64,000 nucleotides of DNA from Dehalococcoidia bacterium (lineage in GTDB: Bacteria > Chloroflexota > Dehalococcoidia > Bin125). The notes beneath the pieces are model-generated. The model was not told the DNA's origin and ran no database searches. It worked only from the letters and a program-made list of their open reading frames with translations. A program made the position numbers and the translations under genes. The stretch is from positions 1,799,305-1,863,304 of the forward strand of contig OZ244557.1 of NCBI GenBank assembly GCA_965217625.1, in the 5' to 3' direction. Below, in pieces: positions 39,440 through 48,135 of this stretch (the stretch's first letter is position 1; every line of letters starts with the position of its first letter).

Positions 39440-40317
39440 CGCACGTTGCGCAGGCGCGGGTCGAGGGCGTCGCGCAGCCAGTCGCCCATCAGGTTGCCGG
39501 TCAGCGAGATCGTCACCAGGGCGAGGCCCGGCAGCCAGATCGGCCACCAGGCGACGTTCATGAAGTCGCGGCCCTCCGAGATCATCACCCCCCACGAGGG
39601 CGTGCCCGGCGGCGCGCCGACGGTCAGGAAGCTGAGCGCCGCCTCGGCCAGGATCACCAGCGCCACCTCCAGCGTCATGATGATGACGACGGTGTTGACG
39701 ACGTTCGGGAACAGGTGCCGGCGCATGATCCAGACCGGGCCCGCCCCGGTCGCCCGCGATGCCGTGACGAAGTCGCGCTCCTTGAGCGAGAGCACGTCGG
39801 CCCGCACCAGCCGCGCGTACGAGGGCCAGGTCCAGATCAGCAGGATGATGATCACGTTGCGCAGGCTGGGGCCCACTAGGCTCGCCAGCAGCACCGCGAA
39901 GAGGATCGCCGGCATCGCCAGTTGCACGTCGACGAAACGCATGAGCAGTTGGCCCGTGAGGCCGCCCACCCAGCCGGCGATCAGCCCCAGCAGCGTCCCC
40001 AGCAGCGCCGCGCCCGGCACCACGATGCCCACGACGATCAGGGAGATGCGCGCCCCGTACAGCAGCCGGCTGAAGATGTCCCGCCCCACGTCGTCCGTGC
40101 CCAGGAAGTAGTCCCAACTGCCCCCGGCGAAGACGGGCGGCTCCAGGCGCCCGCCCAGGTTGATGAACTCCGGGTCGTGCGGCGCCAGCCAGTCCGCCCC
40201 CACGCCCGCCACGAGCAGCGTCAGCGCGATCGCGCCGGGGATGGAGAGCCCCAGCCAGCGCCGCCAGCGCAGGCCGCGCCGCGGGCCCAGCTCCACCGCC
40301 GCCGCCTGGCCGGCCAT
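39436..40317 (-). CDS. ABC peptide/nickel-type transporter permease (DppC/OppC-like)
   Basis: Six-TM BPD-transport permease with the EAA-like loop SRATGAGPVWIMRRHLFPN. Its ATGA overlaps the upstream permease gene. Confidence 0.88.
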   Translation of the reverse strand: MAGQAAAVELGPRRGLRWRRWLGLSIPGAIALTLLVAGVGADWLAPHDPEFINLGGRLEPPVFAGGSWDYFLGTDDVGRDIFSRLLYGARISLIVVGIVVPGAALLGTLLGLIAGWVGGLTGQLLMRFVDVQLAMPAILFAVLLASLVGPSLRNVIIILLIWTWPSYARLVRADVLSLKERDFVTASRATGAGPVWIMRRHLFPNVVNTVVIIMTLEVALVILAEAALSFLTVGAPPGTPSWGVMISEGRDFMNVAWWPIWLPGLALVTISLTGNLMGDWLRDALDPRLRNVR

Positions 40318-41255
40318 CAGGCGGCCCCCGCCCGGATGCGCGGGTCGATCAGCCGGTACGAGACGTCGACCAGCAGGTTCACGATCGCGATCGACGCCGC
40401 CAGCACGATGATCGAGGCCTGCACCATCGGGAAGTCGTTCTTGAAGATCGAGTCGACGATCAGCCGGCCGACCCCGGGCCAGGCGAACACCACCTCGATG
40501 ATCACGGAGCCGCCGATCAACCGGCCCAGCGAGAGGCCCAGCATCGTCACGACCGGCAACAGCGCGTGCCGCACGGCGTGCCGCCCAATGACCACCCGCT
40601 CACTGAGCCCCTTGGCCCGCGCGGTGCGAATGAAGTCCGTGTCCATCACCTCGATCATCCCCGAGCGGGTCAGCCGCATGATCGCGACCAGTTCAAACAG
40701 GCCGAGTGCGATCGCGGGCAGGATCAACGAGCGCAAGCCGGCCTCTTCACCGCCGGTCGGGAACCAGCCCAGCTCGACGGCGAAGAAGAAGATCATCATC
40801 AAGCCCAGCCAGAAGCTGGGCGTGGCCTGGCCGATCACCGCCACGAAGCGCGCCAGCCAGTCGAGGACGGTGCCCCGCTTCAACGCGGCCAGGATGCCCA
40901 GCGGCACCGCCAGCGCGAGCGCGAACACCACGCCCGCCACCCCCAGCTTGAGCGTGCTCACCGCCCGGTCACCGATCGCGCTAAGCGCGGGTCTGCCCCC
41001 GCCCAGCCATGAGCTCCCGAAGTCGCCTTGCGCCAGCTTGCCCAGGAAAATGGCGTATTGGACGTGGAGCGGGTGGTGCAGCCCGAGATCCTCCCGCAGG
41101 CGCTCGACGGCTTCGGGCCGTCGCTGATCGGGCGCCAGCAAGGTCGACTCGGGATTGCCCACGAGGCGCGAAACGAAGAAGACGGTCGTCGCGACGATGA
41201 AGACGACGAAGAACGCCTGGACCAGCCGGATCGCGAAGTAGCTCCAGAACTGCAT
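40317..41255 (-). CDS. ABC peptide/nickel-type transporter permease (DppB/OppB-like)
   Basis: Reads MQFWSYFAIRLVQAFFVVF...TARAKGLSERVVIGRHAVRHALLPV. I chose the ATG at 41253-41255. Confidence 0.88.
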   Translation of the reverse strand: MQFWSYFAIRLVQAFFVVFIVATTVFFVSRLVGNPESTLLAPDQRRPEAVERLREDLGLHHPLHVQYAIFLGKLAQGDFGSSWLGGGRPALSAIGDRAVSTLKLGVAGVVFALALAVPLGILAALKRGTVLDWLARFVAVIGQATPSFWLGLMMIFFFAVELGWFPTGGEEAGLRSLILPAIALGLFELVAIMRLTRSGMIEVMDTDFIRTARAKGLSERVVIGRHAVRHALLPVVTMLGLSLGRLIGGSVIIEVVFAWPGVGRLIVDSIFKNDFPMVQASIIVLAASIAIVNLLVDVSYRLIDPRIRAGAA

Positions 41256-41346
41256 CAGGCTCCGTGCGGATTGCGCGCCGGGGTTCCGCCGAGTGGGGCT
41301 CCCCCGACGCGGTACCGGCGGCAAGTGTAACGGCCGCGCCCCGGGC

Positions 41347-41430
41347 CCTCACCCTAGCCCTCTCCCAGAGGGAGAGGGGACCGGATCCCCCTCTCCACCG
41401 TTCAAATGGAGAGGGGGACAGGGGGTGAGG
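41347..41430. repeat. Nested-hairpin intergenic repeat, copy A
   Basis: Outer stem CCTCACCC (41347-54) pairs with GGGTGAGG (41423-30). It encloses hairpins CCCTCTCCC-aga-GGGAGAGGG (41358-79) and TCCCCCTCTCCA-ccgttcaaa-TGGAGAGGGGGA (41386-41418). Confidence 0.75.
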
Positions 41431-41446
41431 TCCGGCAGGCGGCGCC

Positions 41447-43726
41447 TCAGGCCTTGCGCCGCTGGATGGCGTAGGCCGAGCCGCCCCACGCGAAGCCGGT
41501 GCTCCCGCCCTTGGGCCAGTTGACGTCCGCCGGGGTTAGCACCGCGTCCGGCGCCTCGACGATGAAGATGAGCCACGCTTGGCGCGCGTGCTCCAGCATC
41601 AGTTCCGCGGTCATCGCGCTGCGCCGTGCGGGATCGAGCTCGGCGCGCTGTGCGAGGTACAGCTCGTGCAGGGCCGGATCCATAACCCCCTCGCCGCCGA
41701 GCTTCGTGAAGTAGGATTCGGGCCCGACGCAGCAATCCCACATCGATCCGATGTCGCGGACGATGTTGGACCACATCCAATAGAGGCCCACCGGGCGGTC
41801 GCGGCCGCCGACGAGGTAGGCGTCGGAGAAGTACTCGGAGACGATGGCCGCCTCCGGCTGCGTGCGGATGCCGATCGCGGCCAGGTCCTGGGCCACGGCC
41901 GGCACCATGTCCGCCATGGCCTGGCCGCCCCAGTCGGTCGTCCAGTACAGCGGAACCTCGAAGCCGTCCGCGTAGCCGGCCTCCGCCATCAACTGCCGCG
42001 CCAGTTCGGGGTCGTAGTGGTACTCGACTTCCGCCCGCTGCTCCGGGGTCGGGTAGCCGTACACGCCGGCGAACGTGAACAGAGGATAGTGGCCCTGGCC
42101 GAGCAGGAGGTTGTCGATGATGGCTTGGCGGTTGATCGCGTGGTTCGCGGCCCGGCGGACGCGGAAGTCGAGGAACGGGTTCGGGCTGCCGTCCGGCATC
42201 GTCTGGGGGTACAGGTTGGGATAGAGCACCTGGATGGCCGCCCCGTTGATGCCGGGTTGGTACTGCACCGTGAAGTCGGGGTCGTCCAGGTACGGCTGCA
42301 CGTTGTTGGGGCCCAGGTCCGGCACCACGTCGATCTCCCCGGCCTCGAGGCCGGCCAGCTGCGACTGGATCTCGGGCCGCACCACGACCCGCTGGTGCTT
42401 GTGGTGGGCGTAGCGCGACACGACGACGGGATGGTCGACCGGGAGGAAGTGCTCCTCGAAGCGCTCGAAGACGAAGTCCGTGTCGTCTTCGTGGCTGACG
42501 AAGCGGAAGGGGCCGGTACCCATCGGTGAGGTGTCCATCGCGAGGTCGCCGCGCGCCTCCGTGTCCGCCTGCGACATGATGACGACCTCGCCGGTCCCGG
42601 CCAGGTTGACGACGAAGAAGCCCGCATCGGGCAACGGCAACTCGATCGACCAGGTGCGGTCGTCCACGGCCTCGTTGCGGACCCAGTTCGCGGAGCTCCG
42701 GCCGACGTTCGAGGGGGTCCAGCCGCTGGGGTGATCGGTCGTCTCGCCGCCCTGGTGGTAGGCGGCCTTCCCGGCCATGCGGTCGTAGCTGAACACGATG
42801 TCGTGGGCGGTGAGGATCGAGCCGTCGTGGAACGGCGCCGGTACCACCGACGCCACGATCGACGTGGCATCGACCCACTCCGGCGCGGCGAGATGCGGGA
42901 TCGCCACGGCGGCGGCGGGCTCCCATTCCATGGTCGGACTGAAGACGGCGCCGTGCGAGTACTGGTTCGTCTTGCTGCCGGTCCGCATCTGGTCCAGCCC
43001 CCCCGCGTCGGAGGGGACCACCGGGATGATCGTGGCGTCCAGGTCGACCTGGTCGAGTGGCCAGGGCACGGAGAAGTCCTCGGTGTCGCCCAGGACGGTG
43101 ATGGCGGCGGCGGCGGCCTCCTGGGCCGCTTCCGCGGCCTCTTGGGCCGCCGCGACGGCCGCCGCGGCGGTCTCGGCCGCGGCTGCGGACGCCTCTCCGG
43201 CGGCAGCCGCGGCCGCAGCGGCGGCATCGGCCGCGGCCTGGGCGGCGGCAGCGGCAGCGGCGGTGTCCTCGGCGCCCGCCTCGCGGGCGGCGGCGGCGGC
43301 GGCCTCGGCGGCATCCGCGGCCGCCTGCGCGACGGCGGCGGCGCCCGCGTCGCCGGCGGCCCGGGCGGCCTCGGCCGCGTCAGCGGCGGCATCGGCGGCC
43401 GCCTGGGCGGCGGCGGCGGCCTGTTCGGCGTCATCGGATTCGGCCGCTTCGGCCGCCAGGGCCGAGGCCGCCTCGGCGGCTTCGGCGGCGCGGCCGGCGG
43501 CCTCGGCGGCGTCGCTCGCGGCCTCCGCCGCCGCGCTCGCGTCGCCCGCCGCCGCGTCGATCGCGGACGTGTCGACGGCGGCCGGCGCGGCGTCATCGTC
43601 GTCGTCGCCGCAGCCGACCAAGGCGAGGCCGGCCGCTCCAACGCCAGCCTTCGCGCTGGCTCCCAACATGGTGCGACGCGAGATCTTTCGCTGTCGCAGA
43701 GCGGTCCAATAGTTCCGGTCGCTCAT
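41447..43726 (-). CDS. ABC transporter substrate-binding lipoprotein (family 5, peptide/nickel type) with a Tat signal and a long Ala-rich linker
   Basis: Starts MSDRNYW..ISRRTMLGASAKAGVGAAGLALVGCG (twin-Arg motif plus lipobox), then about 168 aa of A/E/D/Q, then an SBP_bac_5-like domain. The upstream 494 codons of track ORF 41447-45208 are rejected. Confidence 0.85.
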   Translation of the reverse strand: MSDRNYWTALRQRKISRRTMLGASAKAGVGAAGLALVGCGDDDDDAAPAAVDTSAIDAAAGDASAAAEAASDAAEAAGRAAEAAEAASALAAEAAESDDAEQAAAAAQAAADAAADAAEAARAAGDAGAAAVAQAAADAAEAAAAAAREAGAEDTAAAAAAAQAAADAAAAAAAAAGEASAAAAETAAAAVAAAQEAAEAAQEAAAAAITVLGDTEDFSVPWPLDQVDLDATIIPVVPSDAGGLDQMRTGSKTNQYSHGAVFSPTMEWEPAAAVAIPHLAAPEWVDATSIVASVVPAPFHDGSILTAHDIVFSYDRMAGKAAYHQGGETTDHPSGWTPSNVGRSSANWVRNEAVDDRTWSIELPLPDAGFFVVNLAGTGEVVIMSQADTEARGDLAMDTSPMGTGPFRFVSHEDDTDFVFERFEEHFLPVDHPVVVSRYAHHKHQRVVVRPEIQSQLAGLEAGEIDVVPDLGPNNVQPYLDDPDFTVQYQPGINGAAIQVLYPNLYPQTMPDGSPNPFLDFRVRRAANHAINRQAIIDNLLLGQGHYPLFTFAGVYGYPTPEQRAEVEYHYDPELARQLMAEAGYADGFEVPLYWTTDWGGQAMADMVPAVAQDLAAIGIRTQPEAAIVSEYFSDAYLVGGRDRPVGLYWMWSNIVRDIGSMWDCCVGPESYFTKLGGEGVMDPALHELYLAQRAELDPARRSAMTAELMLEHARQAWLIFIVEAPDAVLTPADVNWPKGGSTGFAWGGSAYAIQRRKA

Positions 43727-43819
43727 GACAAGTCCTCTCTGGATTCCCGGCCGTCCCGTTGTGGGACCGCTCGGTGCACGAGCGCGCACAGTATGGCACA
43801 TAGAAAAAACTATTGATGC

Positions 43820-43829
43820 TTCCATGGAA
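43820..43829. promoter_or_regulatory. Perfect 10-bp palindrome TTCCATGGAA in an AT-rich patch upstream of the binding-protein gene
   Basis: It sits in a locally AT-rich stretch (about 43790-43840, including a T6 run on the minus strand). It lies about 95 nt upstream of the SBP start. Possible operator or promoter region. Confidence 0.25.
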
Positions 43830-43840
43830 TCTATCGGTGC

Positions 43841-43928
43841 CGGGCGGGGGAACCTCAGCCCCCTCCGGTCCCCCCTCTCCAGCGCTTCAACTGGAGAGGG
43901 GGTTAGGGGGTGAGGTTCCGCCCGCCGG
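43841..43928. repeat. Nested-hairpin intergenic repeat, copy B
   Basis: Inner hairpin is CCCCCTCTCCAG-cgcttcaa-CTGGAGAGGGGG, followed by TAGGGGGTGAGG as in copy A. A long imperfect outer stem pairs CGGGCGGGGGAACCTCAGCCCCCT with AGGGGGTGAGGTTCCGCCCGCCGG. It overlaps the last codons of the dnaI-like ORF. Confidence 0.75.
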
Positions 43929-45318
43929 ACCGGCGGCGCGGCCCCGACCGCGGCGCGACGGGCCGGGGAGACGTGCCGGTGCGGTAGTCGCGCACGGCCA
44001 GCTCGTAGACTTGGCTGAGGCGTGGGTCGAAGATGCGCGAGGCCAGCCGCGGGTCGAGATCGCCGGGCCCCATGTTGGTCGTGATCAGCGTCGGCGACTC
44101 CTGCAGGTAGCGGTAGGAGAGCAGCTGGTAGAGCTTCTCCTCGGCCCAGGGCGTGGTGGAGTGCGCGCCGAGGTCGTCGAGCACGAGCAGGCCGGCGTGG
44201 CGCAGGGCGTCGAGCACGTCGTCGTAGGTTTCGGCGTTGTCGGGGCGGTAGGCGCGCCGCAGGCGGTCGAGCAGGTCGGGCACGACGGCGAAGAAGACCG
44301 AATCGGCGGCGGCGATGCGCTGCCGGGCGGCGGCGGCCGCGAGATGCGTCTTGCCCGTCCCGGTGGGCCCCATCAGCACCATCCAGCCGCGCGGGCGGGC
44401 GGCCCACTGCCCCACCATGTTGCGCACCAGCCCCAGGTTCTCCGCCTCCTTGGCGCTGAGGCGGCCCTCCAGGCGGAAGCCGTCGAACGTGCAGCGCTCG
44501 AGCTGCTCGCGGGAGAGGCCCCCGATCTCCCGGTAGCCGCCGGCCGGGTCCGCCGCCGACCCCGCGGGGCCGGCGAGGTCGTGCCGATCGACGAGTTCGT
44601 CCCGGTCGAGCATGGGCAGGGCGCGACGCAGCGCGGCGCCCGGCGCCGCCGAGGCCAGCAGCACGGTGGGCAGCCGGGCCGTCATGCGGTGGTTGGCGAT
44701 CTGGAAGATCTTCTCGCCGGCCCAGTCGGTGGGGTTGGCGGCGTCGAGGTCGTCGAGGATGAGGAAGGGCGCGCTGCGCACCTGCTCGAACAGTTGCGGG
44801 AAGGGCGTCTCGGCGTTCTTGCGATAGGCGGCGCGCAGATGGTCGAGCAGGTCGGGCACGACGACGTACAGGGCGGCGCGCCCGCGGCCGATACGGTCGT
44901 TGGCGATGGCCGCCGCCAGGGACGTCTTGCCCGCGCCCGACGGCCCCGTGATGAGCAGCCAGGGTTTCGCGCCGGCCTCGCGCGCGGCCCCCTCGGCCGC
45001 GGCCCGCGCGGCGCCAAAGGCCGCCGGCCGATCGGCCGGGAGCTGCTCGAAGGTCACGCCCGACAGGGGCCCCAGGTTGCTGTAGCGCTGCAGCCGCTCG
45101 GCGCGCTTGCCGACCGATTCCTCGCGCGCGCAGCGGCAGGCGATCGCCTTGCCGAAGGCCGGGTCGTCGAGCGGCGCGTCGCGGCGCACGAAGCCGGCGT
45201 CGTTGCACAGCGGGCAGGCGGGCGCGGGCGGCGGGGGCGGGGCCTCAGCGGCGGATGAGGTGGTCGAACTGCGACGCGGATCGCCAGCCAGCACGTCGCT
45301 CAGACGGCGCATCGTCAT
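43903..45318 (-). CDS. DnaC/DnaI-like helicase-loader ATPase with two tandem AAA+ modules and an N-terminal Cys motif
   Basis: Module 1 has GPSGAGKTSLAAAIAN and FLILDDLD. Module 2 has GPTGTGKTHLAAAAA, LLVLDDLG and LITTN. The N-terminus reads CPLCNDAGFV....CRC. The start is uncertain because of a 74-nt overlap with the upstream gene. Confidence 0.8.
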   Translation of the reverse strand: MTMRRLSDVLAGDPRRSSTTSSAAEAPPPPPAPACPLCNDAGFVRRDAPLDDPAFGKAIACRCAREESVGKRAERLQRYSNLGPLSGVTFEQLPADRPAAFGAARAAAEGAAREAGAKPWLLITGPSGAGKTSLAAAIANDRIGRGRAALYVVVPDLLDHLRAAYRKNAETPFPQLFEQVRSAPFLILDDLDAANPTDWAGEKIFQIANHRMTARLPTVLLASAAPGAALRRALPMLDRDELVDRHDLAGPAGSAADPAGGYREIGGLSREQLERCTFDGFRLEGRLSAKEAENLGLVRNMVGQWAARPRGWMVLMGPTGTGKTHLAAAAARQRIAAADSVFFAVVPDLLDRLRRAYRPDNAETYDDVLDALRHAGLLVLDDLGAHSTTPWAEEKLYQLLSYRYLQESPTLITTNMGPGDLDPRLASRIFDPRLSQVYELAVRDYRTGTSPRPVAPRSGPRRRSGGRNLTP

Positions 45319-46012
45319 CGTCCCTCCCCTCGTCGTCCCAGCGCTCCAGGATGCGCTGGATGTAGCGCCAGCTGCGCTTGTTGAGCTCGGCGGCCTCGCG
45401 GAAGGCGTCCTCGATCCAGGCCGGCGGGTAGAGACCCTCGGCCTCGGCCAGGGCGTCGGCGATCTGCGGCGTGATGGGGCCGACCGTCGCCTCGTAGAGC
45501 GCGTAGACGTTGATCTCGGCGCCCGCTTGGGGGCCAGGCTGCGGCGCGATCACACTGGTCTTGCCGATCGGAACCTGCCCCGTCGCGGCGAGTTGCCCGC
45601 GCCGCCAGCGATCGAGGGCGCGCGCGTCGGACTCGCTGTTGAGCGTCAGCACTTCGGCCCGAACCGGCGCGCCGTCGGCCGGGACGGGCTGGGCCGCGGC
45701 GCGCAGCAATGTCCCGCGCGACACGGCCGCCTCGAGCCCCCGGCGGAAGACCGCGTCGACGTCGGCGTGGGGGAAGAAGCGGGCCAGCGCGGCGACCAGG
45801 GGACGCTCGGCGCGCAGCGCGGCGACGTCGAGCAGGCGCGGGAAGCGGCGCAGCCGCTGCACGCCCGCGACGCCGTACAGCGTGACGAGCAGCTCCGCCG
45901 GGTCGTCCATCCGCGGCACGGCCTGGTGCAGCAGCGCCGCGGGCAGCACCACCTGGCGCGCGCCGGCGGGCAGCGTGGGGGACGGGCGCGCCGGGTCGCC
46001 GGGGGCGGTCAT
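45245..46012 (-). CDS. DnaD-domain replication initiation/primosome protein
   Basis: The C-terminal block NVYALYEATVGPITPQIADALAEAEGLYPPAWIEDAFREAAELNKRSWRYIQRILERW matches the DnaD/DnaB_2 domain signature. Confidence 0.75.
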   Translation of the reverse strand: MTAPGDPARPSPTLPAGARQVVLPAALLHQAVPRMDDPAELLVTLYGVAGVQRLRRFPRLLDVAALRAERPLVAALARFFPHADVDAVFRRGLEAAVSRGTLLRAAAQPVPADGAPVRAEVLTLNSESDARALDRWRRGQLAATGQVPIGKTSVIAPQPGPQAGAEINVYALYEATVGPITPQIADALAEAEGLYPPAWIEDAFREAAELNKRSWRYIQRILERWDDEGRDDDDAPSERRAGWRSASQFDHLIRR

Positions 46013-47511
46013 TGCGGTCCGTCGTTGCGCAGGTGCGGGGGCGGGTCGTCGAAGTCGGCCAGATTCCAGGAGGCGTCGCCGCCGGGGAGCGTGCCGGGCG
46101 CGGCCCCGACGGAGGCGAAGTCCGGCCGGGTCGGCGGGGCATCCTCGGCGTAGACGAGCAGGTCCTCGAACTTCGCCAGGTCGCGGCGGAAGCGCACGTT
46201 GACCGTGCCGATGGGCCCGTTGCGGTGCTTCGCGACGATGATCTGCGCCAGGCCCCGCTGATAGCCCTCGGGCTCCTCGGGGTGCATGGTCTCCCAGTCC
46301 TCCTGGCGGACGTACATGTCCTCGCGATAGATGAAGATCACGATGTCGGCGTCCTGCTCGATGGAGCCCGACTCGCGCAGGTCGCTGAGCAGCGGCACGT
46401 GCGGCTGGCGGGTCTCGACGGCGCGCGACATCTGCGAGAGCGCGAGCACGGGGACCTCCAACTCGCGGGCGAGTTCCTTGAGCGAGCGCGAGATGTAGCT
46501 CATCTCGGAGACGCGGTTGACGTCGAAGCCGCTGCCGGCGCCGCCGTGCACCAGCTGCATGTGGTCGACGACGATCAGGTCCAGCCTCACCTCGTGCGCC
46601 AGCCGCCGGGCCTTGGCGCGGATCTCCGCGACTGTGCCGCCGGGCGTGTCGTCGATGTAGACCTCGGCGCGCGAGAGCACGCCGATGGCGCGGCTGATGC
46701 GCCCCTCCTCCTGCTCCGTGTGCTGGCCGTAGGGCAGCCGTTGGGAGGTGACCTCCGCCTCGGCCGAGACGAGGCGCGTGGCGACCTGGTCGGCCGACAT
46801 CTCCAGGCTGAACAGGGCCGCCGTGCCGCCCTGGCCGATCGCCAGGTTGCGCGCGATCGCCAGGGACAGCGCCGACTTGCCGACCGAGGGGCGCGCGGCC
46901 AGCACCACAAGGTCGGACTTCTTGAGCCCGCCGAGCAGGCGGTCCAGCTCCATGAAGCCGGTGCGCGCGGGCTCGCGCAGCCCATCGCCGTCTTCCTCGT
47001 CGGGCGGGCCCAGGAAGCTCTCCAGCAGGTCGCGCAGGGTGACGAAGTCGCGCAGGCGCTCGCCGCCGCGCAGGGACAGCAGCAGGGCCTCGGCGCGGCC
47101 CAGGCTCTCGGGCAGGTTGGGCGCGGCCTGGTAGCCGATGCGGGCGATCACGCCGGCCGCGTCGATCAGGCGGCGGTAGGTGGCGTCGCGCTGGACGATC
47201 TTGGCGGCGTACTCGACGCCGACCGTGGTGGGCAGGTCGGCCATGATCTGGCTGAGGTAGGCGTGGCCGCCGGCCTCGGCCAGCTTGTCCTCCCGCGCCA
47301 GCTCGTGCGCCAGCGTGATGGGGTTGATCGCCTCGCGGCGTTCGTCCACGGCCAGCGCGGCGCGGTACATCGCCTGGTGGCGATTCTCGAAGAAGTCCTC
47401 GGGCTGCAGGAAGGAGGCGACGCGGGAGAGCGCCTCGGGATCGACGAGGATCGAGGCGAGAACCGTGGTCTCGGCCTCGATATTGCTGGGCGGGGCCTGA
47501 TCCAGGACCAC
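46009..47511 (-). CDS. dnaB: Replicative DNA helicase DnaB
   Basis: Contains PPSNIEAETTVLASIL, ARPSVGKSALSL (Walker A), LIVVDHMQL and SQMSRAVE. Confidence 0.95.
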   Translation of the reverse strand: MVLDQAPPSNIEAETTVLASILVDPEALSRVASFLQPEDFFENRHQAMYRAALAVDERREAINPITLAHELAREDKLAEAGGHAYLSQIMADLPTTVGVEYAAKIVQRDATYRRLIDAAGVIARIGYQAAPNLPESLGRAEALLLSLRGGERLRDFVTLRDLLESFLGPPDEEDGDGLREPARTGFMELDRLLGGLKKSDLVVLAARPSVGKSALSLAIARNLAIGQGGTAALFSLEMSADQVATRLVSAEAEVTSQRLPYGQHTEQEEGRISRAIGVLSRAEVYIDDTPGGTVAEIRAKARRLAHEVRLDLIVVDHMQLVHGGAGSGFDVNRVSEMSYISRSLKELARELEVPVLALSQMSRAVETRQPHVPLLSDLRESGSIEQDADIVIFIYREDMYVRQEDWETMHPEEPEGYQRGLAQIIVAKHRNGPIGTVNVRFRRDLAKFEDLLVYAEDAPPTRPDFASVGAAPGTLPGGDASWNLADFDDPPPHLRNDGPQ

Positions 47512-47550
47512 CGGGGCTCCCCTCCGCGGGGAGCCGGCTGGCGCCCCGGG

Positions 47551-48135
47551 CTACTCGGTCTCGGCGGCCGCGTCGGTCGACGCCTCCACCGCTTCGGACT
47601 CCGTCGCCGCCTCGCCGTCGGGCGGCTCATCCTCCATCTGTTCCAGCGCCGGCTCGTCCGGCTCCATCTGCTCTGGCTCCGGCTCCGGCTGGTCCGACGC
47701 GACCGTGACGCCGACGGTGGCGAACACGTTGCGGGTCAGCCGGACGCGCACCTCGTGCGTGCCGACCGTGCGGATGGCCTGGCCCAGCAGGACCTGGCGG
47801 TGGTCGACATCGCCGTCCGCGAGTTCGGCCAGCCGCTCGGCGATGGCGGCGGCCGTGATCGATCCGTACAGCCGTCCCTGCTCGCCCACCAGCGCGGTGA
47901 ACGACAGCGCGGCGCCATCGATCTTCGCGGCGATGACGCTCGCCACGCCGTCGAGCTTGTCCTGGCGGATGCTGTCCGCCCGGGCGAGGCGCTCGCCACG
48001 CTCCAGGTTGTCCTTGGTCGCCGGGACGGCGAGGCCACGCGGAAGCAGGAAGTTGCGCGCGTAGCCCCTCTTGACCTCCTTGACCTCGCCGACCAGCGCG
48101 GAACCGGGCACTTCTTCAACGAAAACGACCTTCAT
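47551..48135 (-). CDS. rplI: 50S ribosomal protein L9 with an acidic C-terminal extension
   Basis: MKVVFVEEVPGSALVGEVKEVKRGYARNFLLPRGLA starts at the ATG at 48133-48135. The last roughly 45 aa are SDQPEPEPEQMEPDEP... Confidence 0.9.
   Translation of the reverse strand: MKVVFVEEVPGSALVGEVKEVKRGYARNFLLPRGLAVPATKDNLERGERLARADSIRQDKLDGVASVIAAKIDGAALSFTALVGEQGRLYGSITAAAIAERLAELADGDVDHRQVLLGQAIRTVGTHEVRVRLTRNVFATVGVTVASDQPEPEPEQMEPDEPALEQMEDEPPDGEAATESEAVEASTDAAAETE

Noticed and set aside
41447-45208. 1253-aa minus-strand ORF suggesting a giant protein
   Set aside because: Only the last 759 codons, from the ATG at 43726 with the Tat signal and lipobox, form the binding protein. The upstream part is Arg/Pro-rich. 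It overlaps the dnaI-like gene in another frame and runs through the intergenic repeat.
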